DNA of 64,000 bases from an uncultured Alphaproteobacteria bacterium (GTDB taxonomy: Bacteria > Pseudomonadota > Alphaproteobacteria > Rhizobiales > Aestuariivirgaceae), in contig CAVZHN010000015.1 in the NCBI GenBank assembly GCA_963775095.1, positions 173,547 to 237,546 on the forward strand, in the 5' to 3' direction. Shown piece by piece: positions 13,502 to 24,438 of this stretch (position 1 is the stretch's first letter; each line of letters opens with the position of its first letter). The notes beneath the pieces were generated by a model. The model was not told the DNA's origin and ran no database searches. It saw only the letters and a list, made by a program, of their open reading frames with translations. A program made the translations under genes and the position numbers.

Positions 13502-14451
13502 CTGTTGAGCGACGCGTCGTTGACCATCCAGGTAACCAGGTCCTCGTAGGAATGCCCGGCATGAACAGCGAGTTCCGGTACCAGCGACGTGCCCGTCATC
13601 CCTGGCTGGGTGTTGAGTTCAAGCACGAACAGGCTGTCTTTTTCCGGTCCCGGCGTATCGTTGTAGCGGAAGTCGGTGCGCGAAACGCCGCGGCACCCAA
13701 GCGCCTTGTGGCTGAGGATCGCGTACTGCTGGCACTTGCGGTAGACGTCATTCGGAATATCGGCTGGCAGGATGTGCTGGGAACCGCCTTGCGCGTACTT
13801 CGAGGTGTAGTCGTAGAACGATCCCTTCGACACAATGTCGATGACCCCAAGGGCCACGTCGCCCATCACCGCGCAGGTCAATTCACGGCCAGGAATATAG
13901 CGTTCAACCATGGCTTCATCGCCGAACAGATCGCGCTGCTCGAGAATGATCACCGGCGGGCCATTGGAGGCTTGCGTGACAATATGGACGCCAACGCTCG
14001 ATCCTTCGGCGACCGGCTTTACCACATAGGGCAAGGTCATCGTATGCTGGCTCGCGGCAACTTCCAGGCTGACAACCTTGCTTTCGGCGACCGGGACCCC
14101 GGCCTCTCGCAGGATGGCCTTGGACTTTTCCTTGTGCATCGCCAGCGCCGAAGCCAGCACGCCGGAGTGCGTATAGGGAATCTGCAGGGTTTCAAGCATG
14201 GCCGCGCAGCAGCCGTCTTCGCCCCACTTGCCATGCAGCGCATTGAACGCCACATCCGGCTTAAGATCTTCCAGAATTGAAATGATGCGATCGCGTTTCA
14301 CATCGACCGGTACAACATTAAACCCCGCCCGGCGTAGCGCATTGGCGCAACTCTCACCGGACGAAAGCGATACTTCCCGTTCGGCCGACCAGCCGCCCAT
14401 CAACACGGCAACCGTCGTTTCCGTCGGGATACGGCGTGGGAGTTGGTTCAT
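13498..14451 (-). CDS. ddl: D-alanine--D-alanine ligase
   Basis: [37 protein letters not shown]. Confidence 0.98.
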   Translation of the reverse strand: MNQLPRRIPTETTVAVLMGGWSAEREVSLSSGESCANALRRAGFNVVPVDVKRDRIISILEDLKPDVAFNALHGKWGEDGCCAAMLETLQIPYTHSGVLASALAMHKEKSKAILREAGVPVAESKVVSLEVAASQHTMTLPYVVKPVAEGSSVGVHIVTQASNGPPVIILEQRDLFGDEAMVERYIPGRELTCAVMGDVALGVIDIVSKGSFYDYTSKYAQGGSQHILPADIPNDVYRKCQQYAILSHKALGCRGVSRTDFRYNDTPGPEKDSLFVLELNTQPGMTGTSLVPELAVHAGHSYEDLVTWMVNDASLNR

Positions 14452-15377
14452 TGCGCCTCCGCCGGCGTGAGGCCGATACGCTTGATCTCCCACTCAAGAT
14501 CAATGCCGAAGGTGTCTTTCACTCTGCGTCGCACGGTTTCACCGAGTTCCTCGATCTGTGTAGCGGTGGCGCCGCCTTCATTGATGAGGAAGTTGCAGTG
14601 TTGTTCCGATACCTTTGCCGGTCCTATGGCAAAGCCGCGCATGCCGGCCTTGTCGATCAGCTGCCATGACTTGTTGCCAGGCGGATTCTTGAAAGTCGAA
14701 CCACCGGTGCGGCTTTTGATTGGCTGTGTCGCCTCGCGGCTCGTGGTGATCTTGTCCATGGCGGCGGCAATCTCCGCGGCATTGCCCGGCCTGCCCTGCA
14801 ACAGGGCCTCGGTGAAGATCAAATCCTCTGGCGCCCCGCAGTGCCTGTAGGTGTAATGCATGTCGGAATTCGTAAGCACGTGGATGTGTCCTGACCGGTC
14901 AACCGCCCGCGCCGCAATCAAAATGTCCTTGGTCTCGCCACCATAGGCCCCACCATTCATCCGCAGCGCGCCGCCGATCGTGCCCGGTATACCTCTCAGA
15001 AAGGTTAACGCATCGATACTGTGTTCCTGCGCCAAACGCGCCACCCGAACATCAAGCGCCGCAGCACCGGCCCGGATGCGCCTTCCCGGCTCTACGCTGA
15101 CGGTGCCGAAACCCTTGCCCAAGCGGATGACCACGCCGGGAATCCCGCCATCGCGCACCAGCAAGTTGGAACCGACGCCAATGACATAAACTGGAATATC
15201 TGCCGGTGTGGCCCTGAGAAACTCCGCAAGGTCGGCCTCGTCGGCTGGCGTGAACAACACTTCCGCCGGCCCGCCGGCCCGGAACCATGTGAGATCGGCA
15301 AGTGGCACATTAGCCTCAAGTCTTCCGCGCACCCGTGGCAGCCGCATCAAAAGACTTTCGCCGTCGATTTTCGCCAT
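14448..15377 (-). CDS. murB: UDP-N-acetylenolpyruvoylglucosamine reductase
   Basis: [50 protein letters not shown]. Confidence 0.98.
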   Translation of the reverse strand: MAKIDGESLLMRLPRVRGRLEANVPLADLTWFRAGGPAEVLFTPADEADLAEFLRATPADIPVYVIGVGSNLLVRDGGIPGVVIRLGKGFGTVSVEPGRRIRAGAAALDVRVARLAQEHSIDALTFLRGIPGTIGGALRMNGGAYGGETKDILIAARAVDRSGHIHVLTNSDMHYTYRHCGAPEDLIFTEALLQGRPGNAAEIAAAMDKITTSREATQPIKSRTGGSTFKNPPGNKSWQLIDKAGMRGFAIGPAKVSEQHCNFLINEGGATATQIEELGETVRRRVKDTFGIDLEWEIKRIGLTPAEAQ

Positions 15378-16796
15378 CAGGCGCCGGCCTTCTCGTCGCA
15401 GGCAGCAAGCTGGCCGGGCAGCGCATAGGCCCACTGTGAAATGGTGCCGGCACCGAGACAGATAACCACATCACCTGGCTTGGCGAGGCCGTGAACGAGT
15501 GGCGCCAATTGCTCCGGCCCGTCGATCAGATGCACAGCGCGATGGCCGCGCGCCTTCAGGCCTTCGCCGAGAGCCGCGTGCGAAGCGCCTTCAATCGGCG
15601 CTTCGCCAGCCGCGTAAACTGGCGCCAGAATCACCGTGTCGGCGTCGTTGAAACACGAGCAGAACTCGTTGAACAGGCTCGACAGCCGCGTGTAGCGGTG
15701 CGGCTGCATGACGGCGACAACCTTGTTTTTCGTCACCCGCCGGGCCGCACTCAGCACCGCGGCGATCTCCACCGGATGGTGGCCATAGTCGTCGAACACC
15801 GTCACGCCATTGTGCGCACCTGTACGCGTGAACCGGCGCTTGACACCGGTGAAACTCTTGAAGCCGGCACGAATTGTTTCGTCCGAAAGCCCAAGCTCCT
15901 TGGCCACGGCCAGTGCTGCTGTAGAATTCATGGCGTTGTGGTCGCCCGGCATGGCCAGCGTCAGGCCTTCGACATCGTGGGTTTCGCCGTTGCGGCGATT
16001 GGTCAGCCGCACCGCAAAGCGCGTTTCGCCGTCGGCATAGGAAACATCGAGCAGCCGCACATCGGCCTGCGGGCTATGGCCGTAGGTAATCACCCGCCGG
16101 TCTTTAACCTGGCCGATCAATTCCTGTACCACCGGATGATCGATGCACATCACCGCGAATCCGTAGAATGGAATATTCTCCACAAACGCCAGGAAGGCCT
16201 CCTTGGCCTTGTCGAAAGTCCCATAGTGGTCGAGGTGCTCGGGGTCGATATTGGTGACGATCACCACATCCGCCGGCAATTTGACGAAGGTGCCATCCAA
16301 CTCATCGGACTCCACCACCATCCATTCGCCCTTGCCGAGCCGCGCATTGGTGCCATAGGCGTTGATGATGCCGCCATTGATGACCGTGGGGTCAAGCCCG
16401 CCGGCATCAAGAAGGGCTGCCACCAGCGATGTCGTAGTCGTCTTGCCGTGCGTGCCGCCCACCGCCACGCACGACTTGAAGCGCATAAGCTCCGCCAGCA
16501 TTTCGGCGCGGCGCACGATCGGCAGATAGCGATTGCGGGCTTCCACCAGTTCCGGATTGTCGGGCTTCACCGCCGACGACACCACGACCACCGCCGCCTC
16601 GCCGATGTTCGCCGGCCTGGTGGCCAATGTGCACGCTGATGCCACCCTTGCGCAGCCGCGCCACATTGTAGTTGTCGGAGAGGTCCGACCCCTGAACGGT
16701 GTAACCCAGCGTCGCCATGACTTCGGCGATGCCACTCATGCCAATGCCGCCAATGCCGATGAAATGGATTGGCCCTACGTCGCGTGGCAACTTCAT
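15377..16796 (-). CDS. murC: UDP-N-acetylmuramate--L-alanine ligase; one extra base at about 16614 (probable sequencing error)
   Basis: N-terminus [15 protein letters not shown] in ORF 16407-16796 joins [12 protein letters not shown] / DDYGHHP in ORF 15377-16735 if one G is removed from CAGGCCGGCGAAC. Confidence 0.95.
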
Positions 16797-17905
16797 CTGT
16801 GAGACTTCCCTGCTAGGTCTTCGGTAAGATCGGCAAGGCGCTGGGCGGCATCCGGCTTGCCGTGTTTGAGCGCCGCCTGCGCCGCCTGGCGCAATGCCGT
16901 GTCGTCATACCGCAGCCGCGTCAGGAATGCAGCAAATTCAAGCGCATCGAGTTCGCCCTGTGGACGAACCCAGCCAGCTCCCGCGGCCGCGAAACTCTCG
17001 GCATTGCGCAGCTGGTCGTTGTCGAGCGCATGCGGCAGCGGCACCATGATGGCCGGGCGGCCGATAACCCCAAGCTCGGCGATGGTCGAGGCTCCTGAAC
17101 GGCATATCACCAGGTGCGCCGCCGCAATGCGCTTCGGCATGTCCATGAAGAACGGCTGCAGTTCAAATTCAAATCCGTGGCCGGAATAATCCATCCGCAC
17201 CGCATCCAGGTCTTCCGGGCGGCACTGCTGCACTAGCCGGAGCGACTTCAGCACCTCGCGATCCAGCGCCGCGATCACTTTCGGCATGAATTCGGCGAAG
17301 AACCGTGCGCCTTGGCTGCCGCCGAACACCAGGAGATTGAATGGAATGTTCTTGGCCAGGTCCGGATAATCCGCACCGCTTTCGCGCAAAGCAATGTCTC
17401 GCACCGGATTGCCAGTAAACACCAGCTTGTCCCTCGCTGCTTCCGGCAGGCCGATAGGCTTCGGGAATGATGACGCCACCACATCCGCATATTTCGACAG
17501 GAGCCTGTTGGCCCGGCCCATCACCGCATTCTGGTCATGTACGCAAGCCGGAATGCCAAGCCGCGACGCAGCCAGGATCGGCGGGAACGACGGATATCCT
17601 CCGAAGCCAACAACGGCGGCGGGCCGCAGGCGCTTGAGAATGGCGCGCGCCGCAATGTAGCCAGAGAGCAAGCGCCAGGCTCGGCCCGGCAGGCGCAGAG
17701 GATCGCTGAGCGAGAGGGTGGCCGACGGAACAACGTGGGTTTCAGCGGCCGGAAAGCTCTTTCCGTAGTCACGCACCCGCTCGTCGGTCATCAGGTGGAT
17801 GGTGTAACCGCGGCGCACCAGCTCCTCGGCAAGTGCCTGGGCGGGAAACAGATGCCCGCCCGTGCCGCCCGCCGCCAGTACGATGATGTTTGAACTGCTC
17901 GCCAC
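16793..17905 (-). CDS. murG: Undecaprenyldiphospho-muramoylpentapeptide beta-N-acetylglucosaminyltransferase
   Basis: [43 protein letters not shown]; GTG start just after ftsW. Confidence 0.97.
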   Translation of the reverse strand: MASSSNIIVLAAGGTGGHLFPAQALAEELVRRGYTIHLMTDERVRDYGKSFPAAETHVVPSATLSLSDPLRLPGRAWRLLSGYIAARAILKRLRPAAVVGFGGYPSFPPILAASRLGIPACVHDQNAVMGRANRLLSKYADVVASSFPKPIGLPEAARDKLVFTGNPVRDIALRESGADYPDLAKNIPFNLLVFGGSQGARFFAEFMPKVIAALDREVLKSLRLVQQCRPEDLDAVRMDYSGHGFEFELQPFFMDMPKRIAAAHLVICRSGASTIAELGVIGRPAIMVPLPHALDNDQLRNAESFAAAGAGWVRPQGELDALEFAAFLTRLRYDDTALRQAAQAALKHGKPDAAQRLADLTEDLAGKSHR

Positions 17906-17912
17906 CGCCACC

Positions 17913-19061
17913 TCAGGCCGGAACCGCGCCTGCCAGGAACGCCTTGCCCTTCGCATGCCCGGCGTGCCGCCGCCCGAAGGCAAGGATCAGCCCCATGGCA
18001 AACGCCATGCCGATCAGCGACGAGCCGCCATAGGATATGAACGGCAGCGTCATGCCCTTGGCCGGCAACAGCGAGACATTGACGCCCATGTTGATAATGG
18101 CCTGAAGACCGAAAACCAGAACCAGACCCGACATGGCAAGGGCCGGAAATGGATCGGCTTCGGTCCGGGCCCGCCGCAGCACCCGCAGCACAACGAAGGC
18201 AAACAGCGCCATCAGCGCCAGACAGGCAATGAGCCCGAATTCCTCGCCGACCACCGCAAAGCTGAAGTCGGTGTGAGCGTCAGGCAATATCTGCTTGGCC
18301 TCACCGCCACCCGGCCCTGTTCCCATCAGTCCGCCATTGTGAAACGCCTGCATCGCCGTATCGACCTGGAACGTGTCGCCCTTCTCGGGATCGAGAAATC
18401 GATCGATGCGCGATGCCACATGCGGCACCATGGCATAGGCAGCGGCAACGCCGCCGCCAGCAATGCCGGCCAGCCCAAGCACCACCACCCAGGGAACGCC
18501 GTAGATCAGCAGCATGGAGCCAATGACCAGAATCATCAGCGCCGTCTGTCCGAAATCCGGCTGCAACACCAGAAGCCCGACAAACAGCACCGAGGCGCCG
18601 ATCATCAACCACAACCCCGGGACTTCTGGCCGCCGTGTCTGTTCCGAGAGGAGCCACGCGGCAAGCACGACAAAGCCCGGTTTCGCCAGCTCCGACGGCT
18701 GCAGTCCGATCGGCCCCAGATTGATCCACCGATGGGCGCCCTTGATCTCCGGCCCGAACTTAAGCGCCGCCATCATCAGGATGATGGCCACGAAGAACAG
18801 CCCCACCCCAGCGCGCCGCGCCTGCTTCTGCTCGAGGAACGACATGGTGACAAGCACCGCAACGGCGGGCGCCAGATAGAACAACTGGCTCTTGAAAAAA
18901 TGGAAGCTATCGAGCCCGATGCGTTCGGCAACCGGCGGGCTTGCCGCCATGCTGACCAGCACTCCGGTTGCCATGAGCAGCAGAACAGCGCTCATCAGGC
19001 CCCGGTCCACCGTAAACCACCAGCGCGCCAGAAGCCCGCGATCACTGCGCCCGAGAAGCAT
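17913..19061 (-). CDS. ftsW: Peptidoglycan polymerase / cell division protein FtsW
   Basis: KGAHRWI, LQPSELAKP, QPDFGQT, DAHTDF, GEEFG, LPFISYGGSS SEDS motifs; start 19061 or 19073. Confidence 0.97.
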   Translation of the reverse strand: MLLGRSDRGLLARWWFTVDRGLMSAVLLLMATGVLVSMAASPPVAERIGLDSFHFFKSQLFYLAPAVAVLVTMSFLEQKQARRAGVGLFFVAIILMMAALKFGPEIKGAHRWINLGPIGLQPSELAKPGFVVLAAWLLSEQTRRPEVPGLWLMIGASVLFVGLLVLQPDFGQTALMILVIGSMLLIYGVPWVVVLGLAGIAGGGVAAAYAMVPHVASRIDRFLDPEKGDTFQVDTAMQAFHNGGLMGTGPGGGEAKQILPDAHTDFSFAVVGEEFGLIACLALMALFAFVVLRVLRRARTEADPFPALAMSGLVLVFGLQAIINMGVNVSLLPAKGMTLPFISYGGSSLIGMAFAMGLILAFGRRHAGHAKGKAFLAGAVPA

Positions 19062-20461
19062 CTTGTCCTCCACCGGATATCATTTGCACGTTGGGAAGTG
19101 CCGCGACTGCCTTCACGAAGGCATCGCCCCGCACCTCGAAATTGGGATATTGGTCGAACGACGCGCAGGCCGGCGACAACAGCACGACGGCGCCCTTCCG
19201 AGCCTCGGCCGTGGCATCGCGCGCCGCGGCCAAGACGGCATTTTCCATCGTGCCGCACTTCTCGAATGGGCTGGCGCCAAGTGCCGCCGCGAATTCATCG
19301 CTCGCCTGGCCGATGAGATAGGTCTTGGCGATCTTCGGAAAATATTGCCTCAGCGGCTCGATGCCGCCAGCCTTGGCGATACCGCCGGCGATCCAGTAGA
19401 TTGTGTCAAAGGCGGCAAGTGCCTTTTCGGCGGCATCGGCATTCGTGGCCTTCGAGTCGTTGACGAAGGCAATGCCCTTGACCGTCGCCACTTGCTGCAT
19501 GCGGTGCGCCAGGCCCGGAAAGCTCTTCATGCCCCGCTCGATCTCTTCTACCGAAAGTCCCAATGCGCGCGCCGCGCCATAGGCCATGCAAGCGTTTTGC
19601 CAATTGTGGGCGCCGCGCAGGGCCGGCATCTCGCGAAGGTCGATGCGCGCCACGTCCTTGCCGCCGCGCCGGTCGAACAACACTCCATCCGGGGCACGAA
19701 ATACCCTCAAGCAGCGGCCGCAGGACCGACACCATGCGTGTGTCCACGGCTGACGCGATGCCGGAGGCGATTTCCGCGCTCCACTCATCATCGACGCCGC
19801 ACAGCGCCGTGTCACCCGAGCCCTGCTTCGCAAAAATGCGACTCTTGACCGCCGCATAGTTTTCCATGGTCCCGTGGCGGTCGAGATGGTCCGGCGTAAT
19901 GTTGGTGAGAATGCCGGCGTCCGGATGCAAGCCCGGCATCAGGTCGATCTGGAAGGATGACAGCTCCAGAACATAGATGCGGTCCTTGACCGGCGGCCGC
20001 ATGAGAAACACCGCCGTACCGATGTTGCCGCCAACATCGCAGTCGCGCCCCGCCATCTTGAACAGATGGCCGGTTAGCGCCGTTGTTGTCGACTTGCCGT
20101 TGGTGCCGGTAATCGCCACGATCCTGGCGCCGGACTTTCGAACTTCGCGCCCGAAGACCTCCGTGTCACCGATGATTTCGATGCCCGCATGCCGCGCCTT
20201 TTTCACTGTCCAATGCGGTTCCGGATGGGTGAGCGGCACACCTGGGCTGAGGATCAACGCATCAATGCCCGAGAAATCCATGGCGTGAAGATCGGAGACT
20301 GGCAAACCCGCAGCCCTCGCTTTTTCCACCGATGGCCCCGCATCGTCCCAGCCATGCACCTCAGCACCACCCAGCCGTAGGGCCTCGATCATCGCCGTGC
20401 CGGAGCGCGCCAGTCCAAAGACCGCAACCTTCTTGCCTTTGAAAGTGAAAGCAGGAAACAC
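19042..20461 (-). CDS. murD: UDP-N-acetylmuramoyl-L-alanine--D-glutamate ligase; one extra base at about 19696 (probable sequencing error)
   Basis: FGLARSG, ITGTNGKSTTT, ELSSFQ in ORF 19406-20461; NDSKATN and SPACASFDQY in ORF 19042-19857; frames switch at LEGIS/APDG. Confidence 0.95.
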
Positions 20462-20465
20462 TCCC

Positions 20466-21554
20466 TCACCTCAGCTTCAGCGTCGCCAGGCCCAAGAGCG
20501 CCAGCACCACCGAGATGATCCAGAATCGGATGACAATGGTTGGTTCTTTCCAGCCCTTCTGCTCGAAGTGATGATGCAGCGGCGCCATTGCGAACACCCG
20601 TTTGCCGGTGAGCTTGAACGACACCACCTGAATAATGACGCTCGCCGTCTCCAGCACGAAAAGCCCGCCGATGATGCCGAGCACGATCTCGTGCTTCACC
20701 GCAACGGCGATGGCCCCCAGCGCCCCGCCGAGGGAAAGCGACCCCGTGTCTCCCATGAAGATCATGGCGGGTGGCGCGTTGAACCACAGGAAGCCAAGCC
20801 CCGCTCCCACCACAGCACCACAGATGATCGCCAATTCCCCGGTGCCGCGCACGAAATGCAGCTGCAGATATTCGGCGAAATTGAAATTGCCGACCAGATA
20901 GGCAATGAGCCCGAAGCTTCCCGCCGCGATCATCACCGGAACGATGGCAAGGCCGTCCAGGCCGTCGGTCATGTTCACCGCATTTCCGGCCCCCACAACG
21001 ATCAGCATGCCGACGACGATGAACAGCGAGCCAAACGGAATGAGCAAATCCTTGAAGAACGGCAGGGCCAGCGAACTCGACAGCGGCTTGTCGCCAATCC
21101 ACATGAAACACAACACCGCCATGCCGGCGATCACAAACTCCGCCAGCAACCGGAACCGCCCCGAGAACCCGCGCGTCGTCGACTTGGTGACTTTCAAGAA
21201 GTCGTCATAAAACCCGATGGCGCCGAAACCCAAGGTCACAAACAGCACCGCCCAGACATAAAGATTGCCAAGGTCCGCCCACAGCAGCGTCGCCACCAAT
21301 ATGCCTGACAGGATCATCAGCCCACCCATGGTCGGCGTCCCTTGCTTCTCCACGATATGGCGCTGCGGTCCATCGCTGCGGATAGGTTGGCCCCTGCCCT
21401 GTTTCAGTTTCAAAAGCGAGATGATGCGCGGTCCAAACAGGAACACGAACAGCAGCGCCGTGAGAATGGCCGCACCCGTCCGCGTCGTCGAATAGCGGAA
21501 CACGTTGAGCGGCGAAAATTCGTCGGTCAGGCTGGTGAGCAGGTAAAACAACAT
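20466..21554 (-). CDS. mraY: Phospho-N-acetylmuramoyl-pentapeptide transferase
   Basis: [43 protein letters not shown]. Confidence 0.99.
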   Translation of the reverse strand: MLFYLLTSLTDEFSPLNVFRYSTTRTGAAILTALLFVFLFGPRIISLLKLKQGRGQPIRSDGPQRHIVEKQGTPTMGGLMILSGILVATLLWADLGNLYVWAVLFVTLGFGAIGFYDDFLKVTKSTTRGFSGRFRLLAEFVIAGMAVLCFMWIGDKPLSSSLALPFFKDLLIPFGSLFIVVGMLIVVGAGNAVNMTDGLDGLAIVPVMIAAGSFGLIAYLVGNFNFAEYLQLHFVRGTGELAIICGAVVGAGLGFLWFNAPPAMIFMGDTGSLSLGGALGAIAVAVKHEIVLGIIGGLFVLETASVIIQVVSFKLTGKRVFAMAPLHHHFEQKGWKEPTIVIRFWIISVVLALLGLATLKLR

Positions 21555-21557
21555 CGG

Positions 21558-22985
21558 TCAGCTATCCTTCAGCACGGGCGGATGTGCCACGCGAATGGCC
21601 TCGGCCAGCGGCCCCATGCGGCTGCCGAGCGACCCTTTGATCATCACGACATCACCGGCCTGCAGCCCGGCCAGAAGCGGTTTGCGAAGCTCCTCGGAAT
21701 CTCCGCCATAAACACCCTTCCGCGAACCGGGTATCAGCTCCCAGAGGTTCGCCATCAGCGGACCCGCCGCATATAGAACATCGGTGCGGGCCGCGTCTAC
21801 GGCTTCGGCAAGTCCCGCGTGGAGGCCGGGACCGAAATCGCCGAGTTCCAGCATGTCGCCCAAAACCGCAATGCGCCGCCCCCCCTTCTTCGGCTGGGCC
21901 TGCGCCAGCAATGCCAGCGCGGCGCGCATTGAAGTTGGGTTGGCGTTGTAGCTTTCGTCGATCAGCAGAATTTCGCCGCCGTCGGCTGAAAGCCGCTGTT
22001 GCACGCCCCGGCCCTTGGCGGGTTCTGCTGATGCCAGCGCCAGCGCCGCCCGTGCCAGATCGGCACCCGCCATCTTGGCCGCCGCCAGCACCGCCAGCGA
22101 ATTGATCGCCATGTGTTCACCCGGCATGCCAAGCTTGTAGATCAGCTGTTCGCCCAGCACATCGGCAGTGATGCAGCAACAGGCTGGATGCAGCGCCACC
22201 CGCTCGATCCGCACTTCGGCTTTGTCGTGGCGCCCAAACCCGATGATGCTGGCAATGCCGCAAGCCTTCGCCGCCGCCGCCAGTCGGGCGAAATGGGGCG
22301 TATCGCGATTGATAATCGCATGGCCGCCCGCCACCACACCGCTGAATATTTCGGCTTTGGCATCGGCGATCTCGGTGAGCGACTTGAAGTGGCCGAGATG
22401 GCTTTCAGCAATGGTCGTGACGATAGCGATATGTGGCCGCACCATGTCCACCAGTGGCGTGATCTCGCCGGCATGATTCATGCCAATCTCGAAAACTCCA
22501 AACGCCACCTCGCGCCGCATCCGGGCAAGGGTCAGCGGCACCCCCCAATGATTGTTGAAGGAAGCAGCCGAAGCATGTGTCAGTCCCGAGGTCGAAAGCG
22601 CCGTGCGCAGCATCTCCTTGGTGCTGGTCTTGCCGACACTGCCGGTCACCGCAATGATCTGCCCTTTTGAACGTGCCCGCGATGCCCGCCCTATGCGCTC
22701 AAGACCGTTGAGCGGGTCGTCGGACACCACCAGCAACGGCCCAGCCGCCCGCATCTCGTCGCTGGGGCGCGAAACCAGCGCCGCCCCGGCCCCGGTCTTG
22801 AGTGCTGCAGCAGCGAAACTGTGGCCATCGTGCTTCTCGCCCTTGATAGCAACAAAGATGTCGCCAGGCACAATAGCGCGATTGTCGATCGACACCCCAT
22901 TGATGGGTTTAGTGATCGTGCCCTCCAGCGTCGCACCGCTCGCCGCCACGGCCTCGCTTGGGCTCCATAGTGGCTGGTCACTCAT
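21558..22985 (-). CDS. murF: UDP-N-acetylmuramoyl-tripeptide--D-Ala-D-Ala ligase
   Basis: VTGSVGKTSTK, SFNNHWGVPLTL, EIGMNH, DESYNANP, GDMLELG, KGS; start MSDQPLW overlaps the murE stop. Confidence 0.97.
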   Translation of the reverse strand: MSDQPLWSPSEAVAASGATLEGTITKPINGVSIDNRAIVPGDIFVAIKGEKHDGHSFAAAALKTGAGAALVSRPSDEMRAAGPLLVVSDDPLNGLERIGRASRARSKGQIIAVTGSVGKTSTKEMLRTALSTSGLTHASAASFNNHWGVPLTLARMRREVAFGVFEIGMNHAGEITPLVDMVRPHIAIVTTIAESHLGHFKSLTEIADAKAEIFSGVVAGGHAIINRDTPHFARLAAAAKACGIASIIGFGRHDKAEVRIERVALHPACCCITADVLGEQLIYKLGMPGEHMAINSLAVLAAAKMAGADLARAALALASAEPAKGRGVQQRLSADGGEILLIDESYNANPTSMRAALALLAQAQPKKGGRRIAVLGDMLELGDFGPGLHAGLAEAVDAARTDVLYAAGPLMANLWELIPGSRKGVYGGDSEELRKPLLAGLQAGDVVMIKGSLGSRMGPLAEAIRVAHPPVLKDS

Positions 22986-24438
22986 TGTAGGCCTCTCCCC
23001 GCAGCGCCGCTCGCACCGCTTCGTGGTCGCTGAACGGAATGAAAGTCTTGCCGACCTTCTGGCCTTCCTCGTGGCCCTTCCCCGCCACCAGCAAAACGTC
23101 CCCTGGGCGCAAGGCGTCGACAGCAGCGCGAATGGCCCGGGCGCGATTGCCGATTTCCGTGGCCCCGGGGCATCCCGCCATGATCTCGCGGCGTATCGCC
23201 GCCGCATCTTCCGTGCGCGGATTATCATCGGTGACATAAACGGCGTCAGCCAGTCGCTGGGCGATTTCTCCCATGATCGGCCGCTTGCCACGGTCCCGGT
23301 CGCCGCCGCAGCCGAACACCAAATGAAGCTTGTTCTTCACATAGGGCCGCATTGCCGCGATGGCGTTCTCCAGCGCATCGGGCTTGTGTGCATAGTCGAC
23401 GAACACCGAGGCGCCATCCGCCGTCCGGCCCACCAGATCAAGGCGGCCCTTGGCGCCCTTGAGTAATTCAAGCGCATGCATCGCCAGCACTTCTTCGCCA
23501 CCCGTGGCGATGACCAGGCCCGCCGCCACCAGGGCATTGGCAGCCTGGAAATCCCCAACCAGCGGCAGCAGCACCGAATGGCGGCGCGACGGTCCTTGAA
23601 TTTCCAGCCGTTGGCCCAGCCCATCGCGTTCAGCCGCCAGGAGTTTCAGCGCCGTTCCCTCGCGGCCTACGGTGAAAGCCGTGAGCTTGGCCGCCGTGGC
23701 GCGTTTCAAAACTGCATGGCCAGCCGGAGTATCAAGATTGATGACTGCTGGCGCGCCTTTCGGCAGCAACTCTTCGAACAGCCGCATCTTGGCGTCGAAG
23801 TATGCCGTTGGGGTCGGATGATAGTCGAGATGATCGCGCGATATGTTTGTGAACCCTCCAGCCGTCAGCCGCAACCCATCGAGCCTGTACTGATCGAGAC
23901 CATGGCTTGATGCCTCGATCGCAAGATGTTGCACATGATCGCGGTCCAAGTCCGCCACAATCTCGTGCAGGCGAACGGGGTCGGGAGTAGTGTGTTCGAG
24001 TTCTGTGATGCCCGACGGCGAGACGACACCCACAGTGCCAAGGCTCGCCGCCCGAAAGCCCATGGCGGTCCAGATCTCGCGCACGAACGTGGCCACCGAG
24101 GTTTTGCCGCTCGTTCCGGTGACCGCAACGATGGTGTCTGGCTGGTTGCCATGAAACCGTGATGCGGCACGCGCAAAGAGCTGCCGGGGATTGCCGGCAA
24201 TGACCAAAGGCAACTTGCCGGTATCCGCCGCTTGCCCAGCGATGATTGCCGCCGCGCCTGCAGCAATGGCCTGAGGGATGAACTTCGCACCATCAACAGT
24301 CGAACCCGGCAACGCCGCAAAGAGGAATCCTGGCTTCACCGCCCGGCTGTCGGCAGTGAGGCCCGCAATGGCAATCAACTCCGCGCCCTTTGGCAACGGA
24401 GCATCAGCACCAATGAGTTTGGAAAGTGTCTGCGGCAT
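22978..24438 (-). CDS. murE: UDP-N-acetylmuramoyl-dipeptide--diaminopimelate ligase
   Basis: VTGTSGKTS, HTTPDP, EASSHGL, DYAHKPD, FGCGGDRD, DNPR, AGKGHE. Confidence 0.98.
   Translation of the reverse strand: MPQTLSKLIGADAPLPKGAELIAIAGLTADSRAVKPGFLFAALPGSTVDGAKFIPQAIAAGAAAIIAGQAADTGKLPLVIAGNPRQLFARAASRFHGNQPDTIVAVTGTSGKTSVATFVREIWTAMGFRAASLGTVGVVSPSGITELEHTTPDPVRLHEIVADLDRDHVQHLAIEASSHGLDQYRLDGLRLTAGGFTNISRDHLDYHPTPTAYFDAKMRLFEELLPKGAPAVINLDTPAGHAVLKRATAAKLTAFTVGREGTALKLLAAERDGLGQRLEIQGPSRRHSVLLPLVGDFQAANALVAAGLVIATGGEEVLAMHALELLKGAKGRLDLVGRTADGASVFVDYAHKPDALENAIAAMRPYVKNKLHLVFGCGGDRDRGKRPIMGEIAQRLADAVYVTDDNPRTEDAAAIRREIMAGCPGATEIGNRARAIRAAVDALRPGDVLLVAGKGHEEGQKVGKTFIPFSDHEAVRAALRGEAYNE

Noticed and set aside
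16600-19720. Programmed ribosomal frameshifting or pseudogenisation in murC and murD
   Set aside because: No slippery heptamer or stimulatory hairpin seen; genes are essential; the same type of indel recurs across unrelated genes
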